A program made the translations under genes and the position numbers. A model generated the notes under the pieces. It was not told the DNA's origin, did not search any database, and worked only from the letters and a program-made list of their open reading frames with translations. Shown in pieces: positions 14,181 to 26,444 of a stretch of 64,000 nucleotides of DNA (position 1 is its first letter; each line of letters opens with the position of its first letter). Origin of the DNA: Epiperipatus broadwayi (Eukaryota > Animalia > Onychophora); NCBI GenBank assembly GCA_028023455.1, contig JAQFVV010000002.1, positions 11,222,001-11,286,000 on the forward strand, read 5' to 3'.

Positions 14181-16261
14181 TTCTCTGATGCTTGATCCCA
14201 TCATTGATGATCATACAGTGTCCATTATTTATATTCCATAATCCTCTTCTGCCAGCATTCACATAGTATGGATTTATTTAGATATACATGTCATTTCTCA
14301 AGTTTAAATTCTCCTGTGAGTTTATATTCTCCTCATATACGCATATTCATAGACATGTCTATTAATCCTCTATTGCAATATACTCTTGGGTAAGTTTGAC
14401 TTATATTTGGATTAATACTTTTTATATAATCATTCAGTAGCCAATAACTATATTTGAATATATTTACATATTTAATTCCTATATGTAGATACATATTCAA
14501 TTCATGTTTATAGACACATATTTAATTCTTGTATGTAGATGCATATTTAATTCATGTATATGGACATGTATTTAATTCCTATATGTAGATACATATTCAA
14601 TTCATGTTTATAGACACATATTTAATTCTTGTATGTAGATGCATATTTAATTCATGTATATGGACATGTATTTAATTCCTGTATGTAGATTCATATTCAA
14701 TTCATGTATGTAGGGACATATTTAATTCCTGTATGTAGATACATATTCAATTCATGTATATGGACATATATTTAATTCCTGTATGTAGATTCATATTCAA
14801 TTCATGTATGTAGGGACATATTTAATTCTTCAATTCATGTAAGTAGGGACATATTTAATTCCTGTATGTAGATACATATTCAATTCATGTATATAGACAC
14901 ATTTAATTCCTGTATGTAGATGCATATTTAATTCATGTATATAGCATAGTAATTCTTTTTTGGTTAAACATAATGCATTTACACATATCGGGGTATCTAT
15001 TTTAAACTAAATTCTTACATTATAATTTCTACATTTCGTTTAGCAAGCTGAACTTCAAAAATTTGACATATATTTGTTATACTCTTTATTATAAAGCTTA
15101 ACTTCAAATCAATGGTATAAGTTTTATCACTTTAAAAAAAAAATCAGTGAATTCATTATTGCATTTCAACGCTGTCATTTATAGCATTATATGCATTTCT
15201 GTCAATGTATTTCAATTTACTTTTTTTTATTTATTTTAATAATAGTAATGGCAATTATATTATTCTATAAGAAAGTATTTTGGTACATAACATTTTACCA
15301 TTTTGTTGAACTAATCATTTTAAATAACCACGGTTCATTTTATCTTACCAAAATGCTTTTCTTATAGTATATTTGTAAATACCTTTAAATATTTCAAATG
15401 TTATGTAGAGCTTTCTTACCTTTAAATTTAGCTATTGCCAATTCACCACTGTTAAATATTTATATTAAAAAGGAATTTGTCTTAGAGCTGAATGGTATAT
15501 ATTTTCTTTGGTGGTCACTTAGGCATGTTTTTTCATCTTCATGACTTCTTCATGCTGTAAGAAGAGAGAGATATATATTCTTTCTAGTCAAACATACTAG
15601 TGTTTTCCATGCTAATAATTTTCTTCTTATTGCAGTTTTACAGTAACCATGGGTTTCTCCTACTAACTGCTGCACTTCTTTAATTACTGTTTATGGTGGC
15701 TCCAAAGCTTAGTTAGTCTGATTATTTAAACTCTTCACTGTAGACTGACTAATACTGAATTGCTATTTACCACAGAGCAATTGTTGCAATCAATCAACTG
15801 CGACTCATGGAATTGATCGATTGCTCACTTTTTCTACCCAGCTTCCCATGATTTTTTATCATCTTTTTATTTCACTTATGCTTACCAACATGTTTTTCAA
15901 AAGCATGTTGATTTCTTTTGCATAAGGCAAGAAAGTGACACTATCTTTTTTTAATGAACTAATTACAACATTTCTATATGGTAATTCATTAACATTCAGC
16001 TCTAACAAAAAAAAAATATTTTATTGGTAACATTTGAAGCCACAGATGTTTAATGATAAAAATTTATTAATTAAATGTGTCATTTAATTCTGAATCATAC
16101 ATTTTAAATATTGATTTTTCTTTTTTTTCAGACAACTTAAATTTACACACTTTGTTTTTATAACAGTGTCAGCTTTCTTTTTCTAAATCAAACCATTTTA
16201 AAATGGGAAAGGGGTGGGGTAACTTCAGGATATATGAAACAATGTGTCATTTTTAAAATCA
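13762..16261 (-). repeat. 5' LTR (~2.5 kb)
   Basis: Homologous to 7248-9534; longer because its minisatellite is expanded. Confidence 0.8.
14450..14943. repeat. Expanded ~24 nt (48 nt dimer) minisatellite inside the 5' LTR
   Basis: Roughly 20 alternating units, same family as 7975-8240. Confidence 0.9.
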
Positions 16262-16517
16262 GATCTAATATAAAATAAATAACTTTATTATTTTTATTTG
16301 TTTTATTTTTTATATCTCTAAAGAAAAAATCCCAAATAAACTACACCTTCACATTTTTGTTTATAAAATATATTTTAAGTGCTACAAAATTATTAATATA
16401 TCCTTACTCATTTTTGATTACAATTTTTTTTTTATTTTAATAATTTTTATATATATTTAATTATTTAAAGTAGATATTTCACTTTTTATTGATTATTATT
16501 ATTTCTTTAGGTTTTAG

Positions 16518-16830
16518 TGTACTACCTATTAAACAACGAGCTCCTGTTGTTCAAAAGACTGCAAAAGTTTTCCCACCTCCAAAATTAGAAAATGAATCAT
16601 CTTTAAATAAGAATGCAGAATCTTCAAAAAACAAATCCAATCCATCTACTCAAGAAGCTAAAACTCAGCCAAAGAAGAACACAATTGTTAGTAAGTCAAA
16701 TGATTGCAAACCAGGAGCTAAAAAAAAGACAAATACATCTCAGTCAAAGCCAAGCTCAAGTAGTGATGACAAAGAAAAAGAGGTAACAGAAGAAAAGAAG
16801 AAGAAATCAAGTGTCTGTTTAATATTATGA
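16518..16830 (+). CDS. Terminal coding exon of a prenylated protein (ends KKKKSSVCLIL*, polybasic + CaaX)
   Basis: Pyrimidine tract with tandem acceptors (tttctttag|gttttag|t at 16510 and 16517), ~104 open codons of K/S-rich sequence in a more GC-rich patch, TGA stop, canonical CaaL box. Gene identity not recognised. Confidence 0.7.
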
Positions 16831-19800
16831 AAACAGTCCAGCAATGTGTGATTATTGTCAACTTTTTAATGTTTGTTTAATTTTATCATAGATTATAAAA
16901 TGATCACATTCTAATAGGATGTAAGATATACTTAATTATTACATTGCAAAATATACAGATGACTCTTTTAATGTATGGTAAAAGTATAATATGTTTGAAT
17001 GTAAAAATAGATAAACATTATTACAATTTTTTGATTTACATGTTTATTTTTAAAATGAAAAAAACATTTAAATGTTATTTTCTTATTACTTTAAACAAGT
17101 TAATTATTGAAAATATATCTAAAGAACTATATCTATGATATATATATATATTAATTTGTTCAATTTTGCTATGGTCCCTTAAACTTTTAATTACACTAAA
17201 AAATTTGAAATATATAATATTTTTAATAGTAAAAGCTCCAATTTGACATAGAGCTACAATTTCTATAGGAAAAGGAATTAGATTATTATTAGAAAGATTA
17301 AGTCAAAAAAGAAAATAACTATAAGTAGAAACTATTTTAAATCAAATTCATGAGAGGGGAAAAAAGTAAAAAAAGGAAGAATTTTTATTTTTTCTTTTAC
17401 ACTATATTCATAATTTAATTGTTGATGTATTAAATATATTTTAACATAGAAATTGCTTAAAATTGCTACAAATTATACTGTAATTTTGAAGTAACATTTC
17501 AACTGCTTAACAAAAATTATATAAAAATACAATCTTTTTTTTAACTTCCTTTACTATTTTTTTTGACATAGAATATTTTTTTGATAAAATTTAAGAATTT
17601 TATGAAATAAAAAATGGTTTTTGCTACTTGAAAGTAATAATAATAATAATCGATTTGTATATTATATATTGTTAAGTCACAATATTTTTTCAAAAGTCTG
17701 TAACTATATATAAAATGAATTACTTCAGTTTGTTGTGTTAGCAACATTTGAGGAAATTGATAGTCACAAAAGTTTATCATTTTATAAAAGAAAGTAATGA
17801 AATAATTTATTAAACTATACAAACTTGTATATATAACTATTAAAAGTTATAAATGTCTAACTGAAACTCATAGATGTAATCTATTTTTAATAAATAGCTT
17901 TTTTTTTTATAAAAAAAAAAAACGTTTTTTAAGAGAATTATATTATTCTAATGTTACTTGTAGATTTCAGACAGAATAACTAAAGCTCAGATTATAATCT
18001 GTTGTCTCAGTAAGTAATTTTATTATAAAAACACTGGCCTAAAAATATTAAACCTTTCCATAAACACACACAGGGGCAGGTTTACTACATATTATAATAT
18101 GGGTCTGAGGTAAAAAATAAATAAAAAATTTCTCATGGTGCATTTTGAAGTATAATAACTCATATATTTATTAACAACACAATTTTTTGCATATAGATAG
18201 TAAACTAAGTGATCTGTATATAAATTCAGGGGAAATAGTATAGTTAAAACAAATTTATATTAACTAATGATTATCCTTTATAAAATATTTTAAAATGAGA
18301 AAATATTTTCTCTTGTTTCTCATTTTTATATTTAGTTATAAATTAGTCATACAGATTCTTGGTAATATTATTGAGAAAATTATAATACTAAATATTTCAA
18401 AATATAAAAAAATACTCTTTTTATTGCAATGTACATTTTTGAAAATGTATCCTAATTTACAATTGTCTGTGTGTGTGTGTTGTTGTTTTTTTAATTTATA
18501 AGGGGAAAAAAATCAAAAACAAAAAAAGAATATTTAAAATTATCCATTAATTTGTTTTTATATTTCAAACAAATTTTCCGTACTGGTTTACATCAGAAGT
18601 AAATTCATTATAAGAAATAACTTTGGGTGATGTTTTGCTAGAATGATTGTATTGGCTGTTTTTCTCTGACCACTCACCTTAAATGTATGAGTGACCAGTT
18701 CCAGCCATATCCTAGATTAATTTACAAATAATAAAAATGGATTGGTGGAAGGTGATTGGGGGATCGGAGTTTGATTAATTATGTTTTATATTCATTTTGG
18801 TGCTTGAACATTATGCTAAATAAATAAAAAAAAATTGAAGCGTAACTTTTAATAACTTAGATATTTTATTTTTTCACTTGGTAACTTATACCATAAATTC
18901 ATTAATAGTTGCTTGTTAATTTATGGTTTTTTTAAAGTTTTACAATATGATTTAAATATGTATTTAAATAAATATATTGAATAGCTTCAGAGCTTATAAG
19001 AATATTTATCTCCATGTTTATGGTCTGGGATTCAAATTTGGAACAGATAAAACTTAAAATATTTTTGGATTTCAAGTAGCCTTATATTTAATTTCATATA
19101 TTTGGCTATTAAAAAGAATATGTCTTCTTGCCCCCAAATATATATAGAGAAAGAATTGTTTGACTGCATTGGTCTATTTAAAGATTACTTCTACACGCAC
19201 GTATATATATAACATTAAACATAATCACAATTTAAATAGTAAATGCTAGTATAACAAATAATACAGACTACCATATCAGTATTTGACAATAATGTAACAA
19301 GAATATGAAATCACTTTCTTATTGGTTGTCTTTGCATATAAAGAAGATTGTCTTGAATACTTAAGGCAGCAAATATGAATATTATTTAGTCTACTTTTAT
19401 TTTACTGTTTTTATATTGATTAAAAAGCTTAATTTTTTATTTAACACAGTAAAGAAATTTTATTTATTTTATTTTAACTTTGTAATAAATATCAAACAAT
19501 CTATATGTAATATAAAAGCAATAAAATAATCGTATCAAAATATTCAAGACAACTTTCTTTATATACAAAGAGAACCGAGAACCATTAAGAAAGTGATTTT
19601 ATTTTCTTCTTATAATACTGTTGAGTGCTGAGGTGTGGGGTGTATAATTTACTACAGCAGCATTTATTATTTAAAAAATAATTATTTAACATTTATACAT
19701 AATATTCATATTGTGAATTATTCTATTACATATCTATATTTATTTATTATTGTGCCGGATGATTCTGCCGAATGAAGTTTACTTACACATATATATATGT

Positions 19801-20756
19801 TTTGCTGGTTTCATACTTCTTCATAATACATTTATAATCTTATAAATGTTACGTGAACAAACCGGCACGTTCGAGCAAAATGGGAGATATTATTGATAGC
19901 TTTAACTATCAACAATGGCCCACCTTGGCTGCTAGATTCAAACCCCTACTATCCAAACACTTTATTTGTTTCAGAGTAAACTCCGGGCGCCATCTATCTA
20001 TTCAGAAGAATAAACAACGTATTTGGTCAGTAGGCTCATAATCCAACACTTGAAACGATCTCATAAACTAGCCCAGTCTAATTTTAATCAGTAATAAAAT
20101 ATAGAAAAATAATTGATAAAAAGAATTGACCAACAAATAAAGTTTAATTTTAAAGACAATTTATTAACTAATATTTACTAATTTTAAACATTTTTATAAA
20201 TCTAAATAACACACATTTTAAGTTAACATACTATAATATATTTTATGAGAAGGCATCAATAATCTTTGACATTTAAATTATCTAACATTCACAAACATGC
20301 ACATCAATAGTTCATTTTATGCATGCTTATAAAGTTCAAATTACTTGTCTCTGTAGGATTTACGAATTACAGTGGTGGCTACTACATATAAATGAGAATA
20401 ATAAAATGTTTTACCTAGGATTTTTGGAACATGGATATTGCTTGTTATTAGCTGCTTCTGACGGAGTATATCTAATAAAGGATATCTAACCGGTTAGATT
20501 TGACATTTCTTGAAGAGATTTGACGCTAATACATTGGTTTTTTTCTTGGAGACAGTTTAACATTGACGGAGGATTTCTGAGCTGTTATTTAGATATTATT
20601 TCACGGGCAGGTTTTGCTGATCTTGTTGGACTAAAGGCTGAAATAAGAGCGTATATTCCGAAAACTCCTCAACACTGCATTTCTGTTTCTGGATACGTAA
20701 TATAAATTGCACTGTTATCTGAACTGAAACAAGACTGACACTCAAAACTAGGCTGA

Positions 20757-20792
20757 AACTGGACATCCAATAAAAATCTGGCTATTTATATA
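20757..20792 (-). promoter_or_regulatory. Candidate TATA box + initiator (TSS ~20760)
   Basis: TATATAAATAG (20792-20782) lies 30 nt upstream of CCAGTT, an arthropod Inr-like motif, within a CpG-retaining stretch (19.75-20.8 kb). Confidence 0.45.
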
Positions 20793-21447
20793 TGCGAATT
20801 GTTTTTGTTTTAAAATCCTCTGGCAATAGATGTTGTCAAAATTCCTTTAGTAACTAATCCTATGACAATGTGTTTTTGAAGATTGTTTAATTAGTAGTAG
20901 CCATTACAAAATGTGTTGTTTTTATAACTTTAATTAGTAGCCCACCACTGTATTTTTAAATATATTTCATTTCAATATTTATTTTCATGTGTTTTTCAAT
21001 ATGATTTTAACACGCATTTATCTTATTAACAAGCTAACATTTATTTTTATTTACCATCGCACATATATACGCATTTATTCTAATAAACTGGAATGAAAAG
21101 AGATTTATACCTTAACTTTTAATTTATAATAACACTCTTTAACTTTTATGAACTCTTAGTTTTTTCTGTAGGAAAACTCCCCCTCCCCCCTTTTAATTAA
21201 ATAATTGTAAGTTTTTTTTCAAGAACTCTCTGATTTTTAAATCTTACTTTCACGAAAACCAACTGCATTTACATTTAATAAAGAAACTTTTTAGATTTTT
21301 ATAAAAAATTTTTTACATAAATTAGTATGTGCCAATTTCAATATTGGTACATTATAAAGGACTTGAACTCAGACATTCAAGGTCCCAACATCTATCCAAT
21401 CCATCCCATACAACCAATATGCATAATGACATACATGTGAAAAGATA

Positions 21448-21508
21448 AATGATCTCCAATATACATATTTCATGCTGAGCCAGCACTGATCATTTGGTCC
21501 AGATCACC
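21448..21508 (-). ncRNA. Degenerate type I hammerhead (family C)
   Basis: Minus strand: GGTGATCT GGA CCAA ATGATCA GTGCTG GCT CAGCAT GAAA TATGTAT A TTGG AGATCATT; catalytic core mutated. Confidence 0.7.
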
Positions 21509-21663
21509 ATCTCTCACACATATATACAATCAGTGCTCAGTTTTTAATATAATGGATAGCTGAAGAGTTGGGTAGTGGAGAAGATTGATGCTTGTCCATT
21601 AAAGTTTGAAGTTTTAATATCTTAATATAAACTGAGCACTGTTTGTATATATGTATGGGAGAT

Positions 21664-21724
21664 GGTGATCTGGACCAACTGATGATTGCTGGTTCAGCAT
21701 GAAATATGTATATTGGAGATCATT
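21664..21724 (+). ncRNA. Type I hammerhead ribozyme, near-intact (family C)
   Basis: CCAA-CTGATGA-TTGCTG/GTT/CAGCAT-GAAA-TATGTAT-A-TTGG. Stem I CCAA/TTGG is extended by GATCT/AGATC across a GGA bulge; predicted AUA cleavage after 21712. Confidence 0.85.
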
Positions 21725-23812
21725 TATCTTTTTCACATACATGTGGTTATGTGCATGAGTTGAATGAGATGGATTGGATAGATGTGGGAACTTGAAAGTC
21801 TGAGTTCAAGTTCTTTATAATTACATTAAGTTTAGTATAGAGAATATACATATATTTAAATATTCTATATATACTCTTTTACTTTAACATTAAACTCCAA
21901 CAAAACAGCTATTATAGATTTAATGAAAAAACTGTTTTGGCCCCAGAGATTGATAATTTCTTGATAACATCAAAAGTTAAAGGTTATTTCTATTTACATG
22001 GATATTATGTCTTTATTTTTATTCTTTATTATATATATATAATTAAAGTCACAGTGTAACTCTGGTTAAAGGATTTCCAAAATATATTTAAACTATTTAT
22101 ATTATTAAAGATTATTTGGATAATTAAACATTATAATTTACAAGCTGACCTACTGGCAAAAAATTATATATATATAACAAATTTACATTCAAGTCAGTAC
22201 TAACGATAGTAAGATATTTCAGCAATGCCCTCTTGAACAAAAATAAATTTTGAATTTCAAATGACTAAACTCAATTGCAGGATTTTTATTTAATAGTAAG
22301 TTTTATTACATATATCAAATCAGTTTTCAACTCTGTAGCAAAATAATAGTGTTCTACTGGTGTTGTAAATCATATTATGACTATCTACAATTGTGGAAGT
22401 ATCTATAATATTGTGTTAGAAGTATTTTAATACATTTTCTATTAAAATCTGAATTAGATTTTATGTTCATTTTTTATGTATTTTTAATTTTTTCTTTTCT
22501 GTAGTTGAAATAGATATGCTACAAATGTCTTATTTCTAACACATTTTTGAGGTTGATAGATCCCAGTGTATATATTTTTAAAAGATCTTTTTGAAAATAG
22601 ATTTATCTTTTTAAAACCATGCTTCATTCTTAAATATTTTTTGCTACCTTTAAGTAATATTTGCTATAAAACAAATTATTTTTACTTCACAATAGCAATT
22701 TTTGTTTAATTTTATCAAACATTATTGTTGTAAAATATGTGGCAATATTTTTATTATATTATTATCTTACAATTTTAATTATTTAATAGGAAATTTATAA
22801 AATTACAATATTGAAAGTATTCAGGTAATTATATACATTAGCTTTATAAACTTTTATTTAATTTTTGTACATTTATTTTATGAATAACTTTGGAATATTA
22901 CAGATGACAAGAAAATAATGTGATGTTTAGTGGTTTAAAGAAAATCACTTATTTGAATTTTATTACTGTATATTTAAATATTTTATTACCAAAGAGCTCT
23001 AATGTGATATGACAAAATATATTATGTGAATGTATATAAAATAATAATTACTAAAGAGTATGTATGCAGTCAGTTAGAGATTTTTATATTTAATGATCTA
23101 ATAACTATTGGATAAAAATGTAAATTATAGGAATCTGGTGTAACACTAATGATTTGAGTAATAAAGCAATGATTTGTAAGGTTGTATTAATTAGAATATG
23201 ACAACAGCAAATAATATGTCAGAAAAAATATTTTTAAATGTACTTGAGACTATATTTTGTAATAATATCTTTGTAATTAATTAAAACATGAATTTCCTGA
23301 ATAAAGTGTTGATTTCAGTTATAAAATACTGATTTATTTTTTTAATTTGTAATAGCTGCAAAAATTGTTATAATTTGAAATAGAAGTAACTCAAATGCAC
23401 AAGTAAGGTATGTTAAGCCCCCAAAATATAAAAAGTAACATTTTATTATCTCATTTTTCAAAAGAAATCACTTTTTAAAAGTTTTAGATCATTAAGAACA
23501 CTATAAACTTGTAAACGTAGATAAAATTAAGATCTTTTGCTTAATATAGTGTCATCTTTAGTAAGCTGTTTGTATAATTAATAATTATCAAATGTCAGTG
23601 CATTTAAATTTCCAGTTCTAGGCTTGTTTCTGGCTTTTGTCTTTATCTATAATTCTTGGAATTCGAAACTGGAAGCAATGCAATTATGCATTTAACAAGT
23701 ATCTTTTATTATAAAAAATAAAAAGCTCTGTTAATTTGCTTTAACAAGCTTTATTGATAAATGCCAGCTAAACAAAGCATTTAATAATCTCTATTTTGAA
23801 AACCACTCCTTA

Positions 23813-23856
23813 GCCTCAGACTAATGGTTTCATGTCTTGGCACTCCTCGGTGAGGC
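23813..23856 (-). ncRNA. Type I hammerhead (family B), one core change
   Basis: GCCTCA CCGAGGA GTGCCAAGACAT GAAAC CATTA GTC TGAGGC; perfect 6 bp stem I and GUC triplet. Confidence 0.75.
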
Positions 23857-24241
23857 GCTAGGATAGCTTTAGACATTAGACCTAAAAATACCAAGTCAAA
23901 GCCAGCATTTATCTAAAAGTTAACTATTAAGTAGAAAATTTGAAATTTTTAGACATATAAATGTTTTCAAACCCAGCTATCTAATTTAAATAGCTATATG
24001 GGGCTGAGAGATCTTCAGCCAAACTATGTATTAATAGCCTTAGCAATATAACATTGCTTAAGACCTTAAGGCAAAGACTATAAATAGTTAACAAAAAATC
24101 AAAGTCATATATCACATGACTCAATTTTTAAGCTTGTAAATAAAAAATAAAGAGCTCTGCTAATTTGCTCTAACAAGCTTTATTGATAAATGCCAGCTAA
24201 ATAAAGCATTTAAAAATCTCTATTTTGAAAACCACTCCTTA

Positions 24242-24285
24242 GCCTCAGACCAATGGTTTCATGCTTTGGCAGGCCCCAGTGAGAC
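24242..24285 (-). ncRNA. Degenerate type I hammerhead (family B)
   Basis: GTCTCA CTGGGGC CTGCCAAAGCAT GAAAC CATTG GTC TGAGGC. Confidence 0.65.
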
Positions 24286-26317
24286 GCTAGAACAGCTTCA
24301 GACACCAGATCCAAAAATACCAAGCCAAAGCCAGTATTTATCTAAAAGTTATTTATTAAGTAGAAAATCTGAAATTTTTAGACACATAAATGTCTTCAAA
24401 CCCAGCTATCTAACTTAAATAGCTATATAGGACTGAGAGATATTTAGCCAAACTATAACATTGCTTAAGACCTTAAAGGAAAGACTATAAATAGTCAACA
24501 AAAAATCAAAGTCATATTCACATGTGATATATAACTTTCATTTTTTGTTGACCTTTTATTATACTTTAGTATCTAAGATAAAAAAACTGAAATTCAAATT
24601 GATTTTAAAATGTTGCTAAATCCATAAATGCATTACTTTCGGATTTGAATTTCCAGCCTCTTTAATAATAGCAGAAGCCAGAAATCAATCTGGGTATGAA
24701 GATTTAAATATACTAATATCTGTTAATACTGATTACTCAAGTTTACTTTAGTTGAGACTACACTATGAATCTGCTTTTATTTTATCATGTGTTGTGTGAG
24801 TTGAAGACGTGAATGATTTGTTGTTTTTACTGTAATTAAAAATATTTAAAATTCTCTGTAAGTGATTACTGAAACAAAATCTGTAGATAATATTACCATT
24901 TCAATACAGATTATTTAAATTTTCTTTCTTATACTTTTATAGCTTTTTATTTAATTTATTTCTAAGATATACATTTGAATTATATCACACTTTATTTTAA
25001 AACATTTTTCAAATATAAATGCATATTTTGCTCTTTTAATGAGAGCAGAAAACTTTAAAATCTTAAATGATCTTTTGAGTTTCAACAACTCTATGCTCTC
25101 TAATAAAGTATGTATTACTTTTATTTAATTTGAAAATTGATTTTAGTTAGTGAAAACTGATTGACTGAATAATAATATAACACATGGGGACACGTGTAAA
25201 AACTATAAATAGTAAAGAGAAAAAAAAAGCATAATAGCGTGTAATGTCCCCAAATAAACTTGTAAACAAAATCTTTGTTTTAAAAATATTTTCTTCCTGG
25301 AGTAAATGGATCTACATTGAAAACTAGGAAGAAAATAGTAGGTAATAATCTCTTTTATTTTATTTTTTTTGAAAAAGGAAATTTTGATGTATGTATAAGT
25401 TTAAAAGATGAAAGATATACCAATTACAGTAATCAGTAAAATACATAAAGTATGGATAATATACCAATGTTTTTATAATCCTGAAAATATCTGTGAGTGC
25501 TATAACATTCTGTATATTATTATTGTAAAAATAATTATTTAAGTATCTACACTAAAATCTTAAAATAAATACTGTACCTCGTTAATAATATATTAATAAA
25601 CACAAACATACAATTTAGATTGAACAAATAAAGAGAACATAATATTTAAAGTTAACATCGCACAAGTTTAAATTAAATCAAATAAAAGACGAAAACTTGT
25701 GGATATAAATTTGAAAAATGTTTATAGTTTAAATTGAAAGAGTAAAGCTTTTAAAGTTAAGAATTCCCAAATCAAGATATGCCTGTATCCGATTTTACAA
25801 GTGTATAAATACATTCCATGTTCTTATAAGTAACCTTACATAATATTTAAAATATATAATTGGCATATTTCATAAAATTCTTTTATTTATATATATAATT
25901 ATTTATAAACAATAGCAAAATAAAATAATGATTGAGCAATAAATAATTTGATTATCTTTTATCAATGATAATGATCTTTATGTTTTAAAACAGATCATAT
26001 GAAACTTCATGAATTAAAGTTTTACATTATTATCAGTGTAATATTCCACCAAATTTAAGCACATTAAGTATAATGGGCATTTAATTAATTATACATAATA
26101 TTCTCAGCTATGAGTATTTTTATGACACTGGACTTGGTATAATGAAGTATGCCAAAGAAAATAGTAAGTCTACATATTTGTATCCAGTTTAGAATAAAAC
26201 AAGAGAATAGAATTAGAGGCTACTTTAAAATAACATCCAAGGAGTAGTATTACCATATCCAATAACTTAAGCACATTACCGATTATAAATTTATTTAAAT
26301 GCAAATTGATTATGTAA

Positions 26318-26444
26318 GTAATATTTACTGAGGCTGTAACCTCTTTTCTTCCAAAGCGTAAGCTTGTGGTTAAGACCTGTAGAGGTCCCTAATATCGCAT
26401 TTTTACATGCATATTCTTGAGGTTACAGCCTCAGTAAATATTAC
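26318..26444. repeat. Short foldback/MITE-like element with a perfect 26 bp inverted repeat
   Basis: GTAATATTTACTGAGGCTGTAACCTC (26318-26343) is the exact reverse complement of 26419-26444. Confidence 0.8.

Larger units (their letters stand above)
7248..16261 (-). mobile_element. Non-autonomous Ty3/Gypsy-like LTR retrotransposon (gag-protease only), old, intronic
   Basis: Two long homologous direct repeats (7248-9534 and 13762-16261) with TG (7248) and CA (16260-16261) outer ends. Polypurine tract next to the left repeat, PBS-like motif next to the right repeat, and decayed gag and protease between them on the minus strand. TSD not recognisable (tatat vs gatct). Confidence 0.8.
21351..21821. 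mobile_element. Family C hammerhead element: head-to-head inverted pair
   Basis: ~200 bp inverted arms (21351-21550 vs 21622-21821). The spacer matches 46675-46740, so it is part of the monomer. Confidence 0.85.
23700..24525 (-). mobile_element. Family B hammerhead element: tandem dimer of a ~429 nt monomer
   Basis: AGCTCTG(T/C)TAATTTGC at 23724 and 24153; one hammerhead motif per monomer. Confidence 0.85.

Noticed and set aside
12428-14943. CRISPR-like array
   Set aside because: Repeats are contiguous tandem units without unique spacers; the context is eukaryotic and no cas genes are present.
17964-18009. Possible exon ISDRITKAQIIICCL with a 14 bp palindrome CAGATTATAATCTG
   Set aside because: Splice signals are plausible but there is no linked exon or recognisable homology, and it lies just downstream of the CaaX stop; chance cannot be excluded.
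19853-20041. 62 aa plus-strand ORF as a protein-coding gene
   Set aside because: Good Kozak context at 19880 but no recognisable domain and no convincing downstream exon chain; mentioned only within the CpG-island finding.
21351-21821. Classification of the fold-back repeats (also 45997-46939 and 44272-45071) as MITEs
   Set aside because: The spacers are monomer sequence, arms are unequal, no TSD was found, and each arm carries a hammerhead motif.
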